Shown here piece by piece: positions 39,865-52,090 of a stretch of DNA of 64,000 bases; the stretch's first letter is position 1; every line of letters begins with the position of its first letter. The notes under the pieces were generated by a model. It did no database searches. It was not told where the DNA came from and worked only from the letters and a program-made list of their open reading frames with translations. Made by a program: the position numbers and the translations under genes. Source of the stretch: Cycas panzhihuaensis (taxonomy: Eukaryota; Plantae; Cycadophyta); NCBI GenBank assembly GCA_023213395.1, contig CM041465.1, positions 126,425,741 through 126,489,740 on the forward strand, read 5' to 3'.

Positions 39865-40245
39865 CGCTCAAGGATGAGGCGAACAAGGCTATCTCGCCTC
39901 AAAGATTGAGAGCCCGAGGGATATGCCGATATCAACGGAAGAGAAACGCCGAGGGATCCGGCGAGAAGCAAGAGTCCTCAAGTGAGGGCATCGCACCCAG
40001 TGAGACTGGGTGAGATGAGACACCACAACTTGAGAGTCGCAGAGCAAAACAATGGGTCCGTGATGGAAACGAAGGGCATCGGTAAGGGCTTCGATGACAC
40101 CGTATACTCGGCTTCATTGTTGGTAGCCTCCGGAGGAAGATCCCAGAGCGAGGAGATCATAACTAAGGGTCATGGAGAATCCACGCAGCCGAAGGTTCAG
40201 GGTTACCGCGGCTTCCGCGTCGGTAAAAGATGTGTATGACATAGG
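39865..40245 (-). pseudogene. Additional (archaeal-type, aRH) RNase H domain of the Tat element, frameshifted as assembled
   Basis: Stitched frames read FTD.GSRGNP..SAAWILHDP...ATNNEAEY.GVIEALTDA...LLCDSQVVV...V.CPHL..L...F..V.I.HIPRALN..EADSLV. All four acidic catalytic positions are present. Confidence 0.85.
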
Positions 40246-40914
40246 TGACACAAAATCCAAGCGTATGATCGGTGATGAAGGCAACACTTAGAAAGCATAA
40301 CAATGTGGCCAAGGGTAGGAGGACCTAGAATGAGGTAACCTGTATGGGCCATAGCGGATGAACATGGATGGATAGTTTGGCGAGGAAAGCACAGCCTGTG
40401 GGGTCATATAGGACCATATGATTGTACCCCGCAAGGACACCGGCTTCCCAGGATGTATGATGACATGATTTTGATATGTATACGTGCATGGGGTGAGTGT
40501 TATGTTGTGTAGTAGGTGATTTATGTTATGAACATTTTATAGTATGATGCACACGTTTCCTTCCATGCATAACCACACACCTAACAGGGGCACACACACA
40601 CGCCGTGAGCGGGACGACATGGAGGTGTGAGGTTAGGAAGGTGGCATACATGTCTGCAGGAGAGCATAACGGATATGCGAAGGAAACGCCAGACAGAAAG
40701 AGGGGCAACACGTTTCAAGCTGCCTCCCGGTTGGGCGATGCCCAAGCGGGAGGTCCAAGGTTCCTGTGAGGATACGGAACGCGGGTTCCGCTGACCAACC
40801 GAGAGACAAAGCGGGTCCATCTTAAATAGCCATTCTACACACCACGGAAGAATGGGGACAACCTAAGATGGTAGTTTAGGCTCGTTTTGGAGGTGGCGAG
40901 GGATCGTAGAAGGG

Positions 40915-43900
40915 TCAAGCGTAAAACTTCTTAAGGAACATCCCATTAACCGCTTTCTCAAATTCGAGCCCCTCCGTGGTGGCTATCCTATAGGCACCAT
41001 TATCGAGATTCGATAATGACAAAAGGACCGACCCACCGGGTTGGAATTTGGTCAAACCGGTCATGGAGATATTCGAGTCGTCCGTAAGCTTTTCTACCTC
41101 CATCCCGACGGTGGCGTAAAGCTTCGTGAAGGGACGCCGCTCGCGCATGTGGTGGGCGCCAGAAGGGTGGTGAGGTTATGAGTGACAATCGAGGAGTCGA
41201 TTCCTTCATGTCAAGATAATCCCACGCGAAAATGTCTCAAATTTCCCGGAATGTAAGGGAATATTCCCTAATCTCATCGAGAGCATTACGCCCAACCCTA
41301 ATGACCTTGCGGCCAAGACTACGCCTTGAATTCCCATGCACATGGCATTGCCCTCTTCAAAGTGAAGAGGGCAAGATCAACGGAGGAGGAGGAATAGAGA
41401 GGGATCGATCACGGGCGTGGATCCGATCGCAAGGATCTTCCTATGACCGAGCCGGGTGACCGTAAGGCGATTAGGTGCAAGGCCCGCCAGGTGCTTCCAA
41501 ATAGAGCCATCATCCTCGAAATAGTCCACTCCATGGATGACCCTATTTCGAGTAGAAGAAGCGCTAGAAGGGAAAGGAGCAACGGACGGGTGATCATTGA
41601 TCGCTCAACTCTTTCATGGAACCAAGGAAAACCAGAAAGAGGCTCCTCGAGAGGAGCGAAAGGCAATTCCTCAAAACCATCACCTGCGGAGGGTAATGAA
41701 AAAGAAGAACTGACGGCGGGCGGGTCAGCACGAGCGATGGTGCGTGACACGCGCGGGGGGCTAGTCTCACCAACGAGAGAGGTTCCAAACGAGGGCCTAG
41801 GGCGAGACAGGTACGGCCTATTGGTGCGAAGGAAAGAAATGGGGTGGAGACAACCCTCGTCTCCGTCAAGCGATTCATCATCGCTGAACGAAGCGAGGTA
41901 CCCATAACTTCCGACGCCAATAGGGGCAAAACGTGCGAGACTAGGAAGGGAAGATGTGGGATCTTCTTCTGACGGATTGGGTATACCAATTGAACAAGCC
42001 GAGGCGTGAGTGGGTGAACCTTGGTTTGCCGAATTGGCATAACGAGTTTGTTTGGCAAAAGGACGTTCACGGGAACCACTCTCATTCGTCCGCCATGGAC
42101 GAGTTTAAGCTGTCCCCCAAGGGTCGAACGCACGGCTCCCATTTGGTCGAGCCATGGGCGACCCGAAGGAGGTTGTAATCCACGCCAACGCCGAGGACTA
42201 CAACATCTAAGGGGCGGTTTTGCCCCAAGGGTGAGCGGAATCGCGGCTGATCCGAGAGGGTCTTCTCGCCACCGCCATACCCTTGGCATCGCCAGGAACG
42301 TTCCATATGAGATACCAAGCTCTTGCATAACACGCAAGGGCATGGCATCGATGTAAGAGCCGCTGTCGACAGCAGTTCTTCTGAGGGTACAATCAGCGAC
42401 GATCGTGATGGTGAATGGGAAGTTCCACCGACGCTCCTGCTCACCGGCGGGAGGAAGATCCTTAGGATCAAGGAAATAGTGGGTCCGCCACCTTGGGCGA
42501 CGCCCAAAGCGTGATAGGCACATCTCCGATCCTAAAGCTTCCAGGAGGAGGGCCCGCTGCTCGACAACTCCTCGAACGCCCATCAAGGACATTCCCCGCA
42601 ATGATCAGATGGAGCTCGCCCACGACGGAGAAGGGTTTACCCTTCCCGCTGGTTGGGTAAGTGCCCTTCGAAAGTCGTAACGACCCGCATGTGAATAGCC
42701 TGGGGAAAGAGGATTCGGAGGAAGGGTCTCCCAAGGGGATCAAGGAACGGAAGAACCGGCAGCCCCGCCGCTTCTTAGCGCTTTGAGATCGCAAGGGCGA
42801 AAGCCTGAGTTGCTTCAAGCAACCGAATCACCTTCTTCCCCTATTCCGGTCGTGAAGGCGACGAGTACGCGGCCAGGAGAACGAGAAGAGGAAGAAGAGT
42901 TCGCGCCTTCCCTTTGTCGCGAAGGGCGGGGATCGTGTGATCTTCCCTGCTACGGTTGTTCTTGGTTTGGGGTTGCGATCACGTTCCCCATGTTTAGGAA
43001 CGGATCCTTGTGAACCAAGTTGGTCAGATTAGGCCTCGAGGCCCGCTTGGGAGAGGAATCGCGTCGAGGGCATCCTCGATGTCGGGCCCTACAACGTGAA
43101 TCGTCATGGAAGCAATCCCCATGAATGGAACACCACTTCTTCTCAAGCGAGGGCTGGGACCTTCTCGCTTGGGAGGACTGGGCGTTCCCATTCCTGGGAA
43201 GAGGAGCTTGGGTAGTTTGTTGGACTTGTTTGTTTGAAGTAGGAGACGAAGGACCTTGAAGCTTGAGCTCCTTTATCGTGACGCTCGAACGAGCGTAAAT
43301 GAGGTGAGGGGATCTAAGGTCCTCTCGGTAGGATGAGAAGAAGACCGCGTACCGAGAAGGTTTAGTGTCTTTGGTAGGGGTGGTGCCTCACGGCGTTGTG
43401 AGGGCTTAAGAGGTTTCTTGAGACCACTTGGATCTCAATAGCCTCCAACGCCAAGCACTTGGCGATCGCGGAATCACACGTGGTCGCCCCCATCTTGAGG
43501 ACTTCCACGTGGACTTCGGACGGCGCATTGACAAACAGTCCCGCTCACTCCTGCAAAGTCGCCTTGGTGGAGTGAAGCAGATGGTGGAATCGCCGCAGAC
43601 AAAGTCACGATTCATCTCATCGTGACCTTGTTTGAGCGAGAGAAGGACTTCATCCCGCCTCGAATGGGCGAAGCTACATCAAAATAATTGATGAACTCGC
43701 CCACCAATTGCCGGAATGAATAGATCGAGTGGGGGAGACGATAAAACCATTTAAGGGCGCCACCGCAAGGATCGAGGAAAGAGTTTCATCAAAATATGGT
43801 CGTAAGCCCGATGAATCGATGCATGCCATAGAGAACTACGGACATGCTCCGTCGGGTCTTGCGACGAAGTCCCATCGAATCTAGGAACTTCAGGGGGATG

Positions 43901-45130
43901 AGGCGGCAAGTTGGTTCGCAACGCGCCAACCGAGAGAGGGGTTGACCTAAAGTCCAGGAAGGCGCGCCTTGCCGAACCGTAGGATCAACGAACATCGGTA
44001 GGTGGCGCAAGGAGGCGGATGGGGTAGGACACCCATCCCTCCTGAGGAACCACCCTCACGACAAGGCGGGAAAAAGGGCGCCTTGGAAGGGAGTCAGATT
44101 CCCTTGCGAAGGCACAACGGATGGAACTGCATTAGATGGCGGACAAGAGGGATGCGGAACCGGGTTCTGCCCATACGGGCCACCTGTAGGTGGGGCCATT
44201 CCGTATGGGTGTAGCGGATCCACCCCATAAACGGGAAGACGGCTTCCCCTACCCTGCCCCCAAGGTTGAGAAGTATACCCTGGGGGAACGTAGAAAGAAG
44301 CACCAACGCGCTGGGTTGGAAGATGCGTGGGAACGAATCCCACCTGACCGGGTAATCGGAAGGCTAGCAGGCGACTCAGGCCTACTTAGAGCAAAGATGT
44401 GCCGATTGGGAGACGGCACATTAGTTGGATCGGGAACGGTATGCTAACCCCGGTTGAGGGATGACACACCGTGAGAAGGCCTTAAGGCATTAGGGCCTTG
44501 ATAAGGGATGGAAGGTGCCACACGTGTCCCCATTGCAGGAAACGAATGGGGCGTACGCGAGGCACGAAAGGGTTTGTTGTCACGGAAAGGCGACGAGGAT
44601 GAAGCGTGAGGGGAAGAGCAGAGGAGGAAGAGGCTCTCGCGCAGACACCCTCAAGCCATTCGGACGTGGTTGAGAGCATGCCGCACGGCCACATCCGCCA
44701 AGAGCCTCAAGCACGCCAACAGAGGAGTCCCCACATACCCATAAGAGGTGATCGGGACCTCGAACAAGGCATGTCCATCTGAAGGTTCCTCATAAAAATC
44801 GCCCATTGCGTGGCAATCCTCAGGAGGAACGGATCCCTCTACGGCGTGGGTAGAAGGATGGGGAGCACAAGAAGGGTGTTGATCGATCGGGTAGTAAAAG
44901 GAGTCGTCACCCTCTTCGGTGGACTCGAATGATGTAAGGAAGAGCTTGGGTTTCCATAACCAAGCGTGGTAGGTCCAATCTAAGAGTACCCTTCCATAGT
45001 CGGATCGATCCGACGAGGCAAGAAGGCTATACTCGGGGTCTTCTAACAAAGGGGTAGACCGCAAACGACGAGAGAAACGGCAAGATGCAAGGTCGATCGA
45101 CGATGTCGTGAAAAGAGAAGGAATGGTATA
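40915..45130 (-). pseudogene. Tat gag-protease with internally deleted pol (RT stub fused to IN tail)
   Basis: Gag FPRSL.GALKWFYRLP.SIYSFRQL..EF (~43680-43790), KQGHDE and knuckle WCSIHGDCFHDDSRC (~43091-43135). Protease AVDSGS..MP..LG (42365) and GRPWL..MGAV.ST. RT start DIFAWDYLDMK.IDSSIVTHNL (~41170-41236). IN tail KFQP.WVGPFVI...NGAYRI...VNGMFLKKFYA*. Start codon uncertain. Confidence 0.88.
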
Positions 45131-45227
45131 ACACGTTGGGGTGCCCAACGTGGAGGTCAAGATGTATAGAAAGGATCACACAGAGTAGCGAAACCAACCA
45201 AGAGAGCGAGACTAGCTCCCATCGCGG

Positions 45228-45245
45228 TCCCCAAGATGGTCGCCA
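45228..45245 (-). other. Primer-binding site, tRNA-Arg-like
   Basis: TGGCGACCATCTTGGGGA directly after the 5' LTR. It resembles the TGGCGAC...TGGG tRNA-Arg PBS of Tat/Ogre elements, with an imperfect middle. Confidence 0.7.
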
Positions 45246-47733
45246 TGGACGCTGCCACTGGGATAACCGACCGATAGGCGGGAGAGATGGTGACGAAACC
45301 AGAGGGAAGTGGAACCTACAAGGCAAGCAACTACCACGCAGGCGCCTGCGGCCGGAGCGAGTTCGGATCCGCAATGGAGTATGGCTACTATCGGGTGACC
45401 CTTCACCACCTTGGATAAAGAGGCGAAGGCACGAAGAAGGCCCGAGTTGGCCCGGCAGACCCTCCCACCCTTGGGTGGCCAGAAGGGAGAGAGAAGGGAC
45501 CTAGGAGGGATAGGCCAAAAGCAACCCTACACAACCTAACCGGGGACACGAACGACGCGCGAGGCGAGGTGCTCGTAAGGTTAGGGGAAGGAAGGAAAAG
45601 TAGGGATCAAGAAGGCTCCTACAACCTTTCCTACGATGAAGGGGTGCATGCAAATGAAGTAAATACGTAACAAATAAACACAAGGTAATTTTCCTTTTAA
45701 TCTTCAATGTCTTAATTACTAAGGAAGAAAAAGGAAAAGAACAAGAGTACGCAAGAGGAGGAAATGTGTACCTGGGCCAAGGGCGTGCGAGGTGATGTAG
45801 CCCGCACGAGGAGTACCCAACCGCTCCACGCAACGTACCGGATGTGAGGCGTAGTGGCGGGTAAGCGAGGGGCTTCCTTACCTTCCCCGGAAAATAAGTG
45901 CAATACCGAAAGAAAGAAGGAAACGCTAACTAGGAAATGAGATAACGAAGTTGTAACACATGCAAGAGGCGCCACCGATAGAGAAATCAACTGCAACGCT
46001 TCTCCGTAAGGCCTCAAATACCGCAGCGACAAAGATCTTCCTCCTCCCGAAGGAGGGTACTAACATGCAACGCACAAGGTCTAACAATATATATATATCA
46101 ACATAAGTCAGAATCCAAATAGGCATGCATCAATGTTAGTCCAACGAGGAGGAAATCAAGGGAAAAATACTCTAAATAAAGTGGGACAACAAGGTAAGCT
46201 CCTGAGTGGCCTACCGCCTGCAAATGGTGCCCAAACCTCTCCCAAGAGCCACGGGGCAGCGAGGAGAAAGTCAAGACTCAAGGCTAGAAAATAGTAGCAA
46301 AAAGGGGCAAGAAAGACCCAAAGACACCCACGGGGAACCGGGATGCTACGGGGAGCAAACCGGGTCAACGGGGGGCCAAGGCAAAGCCACGTATGGTGGT
46401 TGTGAGCTACGAATGATACCCAAACCCGAAAGGGGTCCCAAATCAGCTGCAACTCGTGATGCACTGGTTTGGCGACCTGAGAGTCTCTAAACCCTTGTTT
46501 AGATGGCCAAGAGCAACATGAGGCGAGAGGGAAGCTTTGGAGGGCTTGGAGCCACTTCGGGAGCGTGGAAGGTGGTACGGAATCCACCCAGCCTCCTCTC
46601 CCAAAGCCTATGCAACCCTCACGCCGCTTTGGACAAAGAACGCAGCAAGAGACAAGAGAAAGTGGGACGGTCCTCACAAAGGAAAGAGGATCAAACTTCA
46701 AGCAACAAACATGAACAAATGAGTCGAGCAAGAATATTGCAAAGAACTTAACAAAAAGTAAAGAGTACCTGGGAGGAAGAGGCAAGGGGCTTGCCTCAGC
46801 CAAAGGACAATGAAGGAGGGCTGGGAAAACAGCCCAGATCTGGAGCAGAGCAGGTTTGAGGCCCTGCCACGGTATGATGGAGAACACTGCAAACGTAGGG
46901 CTCATGGATCGCTCGGATAGAGACCTACTGAAACCGCTTCAAAGGAGCCCTCCAAGGCGCTGAGGGGTTGAGAGAATGTCTCAACCGAGCCAAGGAGAGT
47001 CTGGTGTATGAAGAGTGCAGTCCTGCAGCAAAGAAGAAAAGCAGAGCAGAGCAAGAGAGAGTTTTCGAGAGTCCCTTCCAAAAGTGAGTGAAAAATCCAA
47101 AAAGTCCCAAAAGATGCTTAAGTACTAAAGCAAAACCTAAAGAATAGGCACCTACCGGAAGGGAAAAAGGCGCGAACCACGTGGCGCTTTCGCAATAAAT
47201 TTGCCACGCGGATTTTAAAACAAACAGAGACAGTATCACGGAAATTTTAGCCAGATCACGAAGATCACGCAGATCACAAGATTACGGCCAGATGCACGGA
47301 GAGACAAATGGGGCCCACCAGGTCCAGTGGGGCAAACACCGAAAAGGCTAAATGACAACTAAAACACCCACCCGGAGCAAACAAGCCAAGAAACGGGCCC
47401 ACGGAGCGTAAATAGGCCCCAAATGAGGTGGCAAGCTAACCAAGCGACGATGAGGCATCACACGGTGGAGGTGGCGAAACCCTGGGTGGGTCCAGGAGAG
47501 AGGAGGGCGATATGGAAGTAATACTCACCAAGGTTCCACACTCGCTAAGAGTGTGCCCCTCGCTATAGTCGCCATAGTTAAACATAGGTGTGGACGACGA
47601 CCGTGCCGCCCACAAAGTCATACGCATGCAAATATGTAAGGCATAATCAAGACACAAAAGTGACGATAATGCTAGAGACATACCCGACTTACTCGAGTCG
47701 GTGATTCCAGATCCATTCCCTAAGCCGGAAACA
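45246..47733 (-). repeat. 5' LTR (2488 bp)
   Basis: Direct repeat of 36929-39454, adjacent to the PBS. Confidence 0.93.
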
Positions 47734-49302
47734 GCATTTAAAAGGGCACCATAAACCTTATTATTTAGATCACAAGATAAAATGTAATAATTTAGAAGCC
47801 AAAATATAAATAAACCTTGCTATTAAGAAACTAAAATAAAGGAGACCTCAAAAGTAGAAGCCTTTAAAAAGGAAGTCACAAGATTAAAGTTATAAAGAAA
47901 GAAACATCAGCTTACTAAGGAGAAGAAGAATAAAAAAATATAAGGGTAACGAACCGTAATTGAAGAAGTGGTGTCACATTTGTGATAATAATTCATATTC
48001 TTGTAAAAAATGTGACCTAAATGAGAGGAATAATATGGTAAAAGAGTAAAGTACATGGTGTTATATTTATGATATGTATAACCATAATATGAATAAACAC
48101 TATTTTAATATATGTAAAACAAACCAATACAGTACAAGTTATGGAAGAAGGAACAACTTAACCATGATGCAATATACTAATGACGCAGGAAGGCATGTGA
48201 AAAAATAATAATGCATGAAGAGAGAGTAAAGGAAATGTACTAAACTAACTAAAATAATAGAGATAAAATTGATCTATCCTCATAGAAAATACCTATAGAG
48301 AGATCAAATATCACCTAATAAGAAGGCTGTTAAAATCTAAGAGGTCCACTAGAGCATATATGCCTAAACTATTGAGAAAAGTATGTGCTTGGCCTATTGC
48401 GTATACCCTTTATAAACAACAATCTCCTATCCTAACCCAAACTCTTAAATATACCTAAAACACTAGACTCAATCTTAAAATATGAGAAGGGACTAACTAG
48501 AGTAAGAGGCCTAAAGGAGTTAAGACCACATGATCCATATGATCATTAGGTAGGTTCTTGGAAAATTATCAATAGCAGTGACTCATCTCACATAAGTTTG
48601 AGATAGGCTAACAAAGACATGCATTTAACTCCAACTAGCATCAAGCTCTAATAGGTAAAATAAAAAGAGGCCACCGCTCTCAATAAGATGCATAGAGTTC
48701 ACTCAGTTGTTGAGGCCACACATATAAACGCATAGTGAGGGTAGATGCCCACCATTAGGCCAATCAGAATATGAATCATAAGACTCTTCTCACATAAGGC
48801 CAAAAGATCACCTCTCTCATCTAATGGTTAAATCTAGGTTCAAAGAAAGTGATCTACCTTATTTGTAAAAGAATAAGTACTTTGAGATATTATGTATCTT
48901 GATGTATTTTGTATATGCAAGAAGATAATTTATATCTTCTTGTTGTTTAGGAGATTAAAGTCAAATAATTATTGTTGAACTAATTTCTAGGTGTGATGTT
49001 GATGTACTCTAAAGTAAATAAATGGCAATTCATTATTTTGAATCAAATAGGAAAACCAATGACAAAAAAGAGTTAAATTTAAGATTCGAAATGTTTATTA
49101 GATGAATAAAGAGCGTAGAAGTTATTTTCTTTCATTGCATTTGGACGTTACTAATATTGACAACACAATGTAGATGATGCACTATAAGGAGTGAATGATT
49201 CCCAGGGATTACATCTGCATTCATTTTAGTTTGTAGAAATGGTGCTTCAAAGCTTCGTTAGCTGAAAGACATTCCCTTGGGTCAAACTTCAAGAATCTCA
49301 AG

Positions 49303-52090
49303 ATGGGGTGTTGTTTGAAGAAAACCTATTCTTTAAGGTCTCTATTGAGGAAAGTACTCTTCACACTCCATTTGCTAAATATTTCAATTAAATTAGATTG
49401 CTAAGGACATAACCAAACTAATGTGATCACATTAGCTACCAAAGGCAAAGGTCTTGTGATAATCAATCCCTTATTATTTAAAACCTCCCGCTATAAGGCG
49501 AGCCATGAGTGTCATACTTTCTAAGGCCTTTTAGCATTTATGGGAGGAGGAACATCTATTAATAATTGTTATACCCATTAGGATTTAGTTGAATGCTAGT
49601 GGCTTCCACCTGAAGTTCATAAACTAAAATTAGATGTAAAGTTATACTTTCTTGAGTTGTTGATGTAGATGCTACCGAATCGATGAAGGAGCCGGAGTGT
49701 AGGAGGAGGCTAGTTTTGGTGGCTCCACAATTTGTCCAAGAGTCACTTAAGATACAAAAACTACTTCTACTGCTATAATATAAGGTTGAGGTGGAGGTAG
49801 GTCCTATAAATCTTCTATAAATATTATATCCCGTGTTACGTAAACTTGGTTCCCAACTATGTCAAACACTTTATAGGCTTTCCAACCAAGTACATAATTA
49901 AGGAAGATGCATTTGTGCTCTTGTCATCAAGCTTGTGTTTGTTTTCCTTTGAAATATATTTATATTCCATGCATCCAAAGATCTTCACGAGTACTACCAA
50001 TGGTTTCTGACATGACCAAACTTCTTCAAGAGTAATATTCCTAACTACAATTCTGGGACTTATGTTGGTTAGATAAATAGTTATGGTTGTGGCATCAACC
50101 CAGGATCTGGTGGTAAGATTTGCAGCACTGAGCATTGCTTTTCCTTTATTTATCAATGCCTAATTCATTCTTTTAACCACACCATTTGGTTGAGGTGTGG
50201 GGAGCTGAGAACTGATGTTGGATGCCATGTTCCTTGCCCAAAATGTTGGACTGATTAGAAATATACTCGCCACCATTATCAGATCTAAGGAGCTTGATTA
50301 TCATTCTACTTTTCTTTTCTATGGCAGCTTTGAACTCTTTGAATTTATTTAGGGTTTTATACTTATTTCTCAGGAGATAAACCTACATTTTCCTTGAGAA
50401 GTCATCTATGAATGTGATGAAATGCCAGCTTTTATTGAGTGGTTAGACAGGTACCAACCCGTGAATTTCTGGGTGGACCATCTCTAACGGCGCTGAGGAT
50501 CTCCATGCTCTAGAAGGAAAATTTTCTCGTTAGTGCTTTTCTATTAGGCAAGCCTCACATATGTTGTTGTACCTCTTAATTTTATGTAAACCATGTACCA
50601 TTTGGAGCTTAAACATGAGGTCCAAGCTTTGCATGTTTAAATGACTTAGGCATTAATTCCATAGGTATACTTTGGAGCCATTTGAGATGATAATTTCCTT
50701 TTAATATGAGAATTCACCTGGTTCTTATATACAGGGGGACTCTTCATTAATGACTTCATTTACCTCATCAATTTGAGCTGTGTTGGGAATTGAACAAGCT
50801 TCATTTTATGGAGTAGTTGTAAGGGGGATACCACCCAACCTATATAGGCCACCATCTTCATATCTTATGGCCACAAGTTTGCATGTTGCATGACCTGGGA
50901 TTCTACTAATGCCCTAGACAAAGAGGACATCTAAATTCTGTTTGTTTATTTCATTGATAGAGAGCAAGTTCATCTCCATTTCAGGTGCAAGGAATATATT
51001 ATTGATGTGGTGCCTCATATTGGAGTCCTTCAAAGCTATTGGAGCCCTACCAATTTTGGTCATTATCGTAAGTCAAATTATCCCCAAATGTGATAGTTTG
51101 AGTATCGACTGGGCGAGTCTCTTCTAACATTTTTTCTAATCCGATCATATATCTCCTTGCACCTGACTCAAGAAGCCATGCATCCTCATCAAGTTGTGCA
51201 GAAAGAGCTGTAAAAAATAGGTGATGGAAGGAGGAATCCTAATTGTGTACCACATTACTTCCGTATTATTTATTATTATGCTGGTTTCTTTAATTTTTGA
51301 TAGTGAATTACTGCTTATTTTGAGGTCTTTCTCCTTGAGCAGGTCTCAGATTCCAATTATGTTGGTAGAATTGGCCTTGTGGTTGGAATGATGACCCTTC
51401 TTATTGTTGAATAAGGCCTCTTTATTAGAAATATGGGCCTCCTTGTTACAAAATAAGACCTCGCTATTATGGAAACAAGGCTCTTTGTAGAAGGCACGAT
51501 CCTCCTTAGTAATATCCTTGTCTCTATTAAGAGTAACTAGGACCTCTTTATTGATATGAGGGTGGTCCTTATTAGTAGGTTAGGCCTAATCGTTGATAAT
51601 AAGAGGTAGCTTATTAGAAGCGAGGCCCATATGATTGACTCAATTGATTTTACAAGAGTTGTGAATCAACTTGTCCTCACTTGCATTAACAGAAGTGTCT
51701 TTTTTTATCATAGTAGAGGCAACTGACATCTGGTCTAACCTATTAATTCTTTTAAAGTTGTGCATATGGCTGGTATTGAGATTGCCGATGCCAATGAGTT
51801 AAACGGAGGAGGAGGTGTTAATTGGTTATTTCTTTTAGGTTGGTTGTTGATATGGCTCTTGGGATATGGTCAGAGAATCTAAGTGTTGAGTTAGATCTTG
51901 GTGTTGACTAAGTTGTTGAGTTGATCTATTGATAGTCTTACGCTTTTCTGAGTTATGGGTCAGAAGGTAGGAGCGGGTTAGATATACATGTCGCCCCAAG
52001 TCAGTCAGTTGAGTATATTCTCCTCTTATAACAAGAGTTCCTCGCAGGTTGTGAAGTCTATTTTGGAATAATTACCATTTAATTTGGAAA
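49303..52090 (-). mobile_element. Degenerate copia fragment (monomer copy)
   Basis: ORF 49857-50156; shares private variants with 34120-36360. Confidence 0.88.

Larger units (their letters stand above)
36929..47733 (-). mobile_element. Non-autonomous Tat-clade Ty3/gypsy LTR retrotransposon, 10,805 bp
   Basis: Two ~2.5-kb direct repeats with TG...CA ends. GCAT duplicated at 36925-36928 and 47734-47737. PBS, gag, protease, RT stub, IN tail and extra RNase H are all on the minus strand. GC-rich relative to the array. Confidence 0.95.

Noticed and set aside
36886-47681. Dozens of overlapping 60-335 aa ORFs as host genes
   Set aside because: They come from GC-rich LTR and internal sequence with indels. 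Recognisable motifs all belong to Tat gag-pol or aRH.
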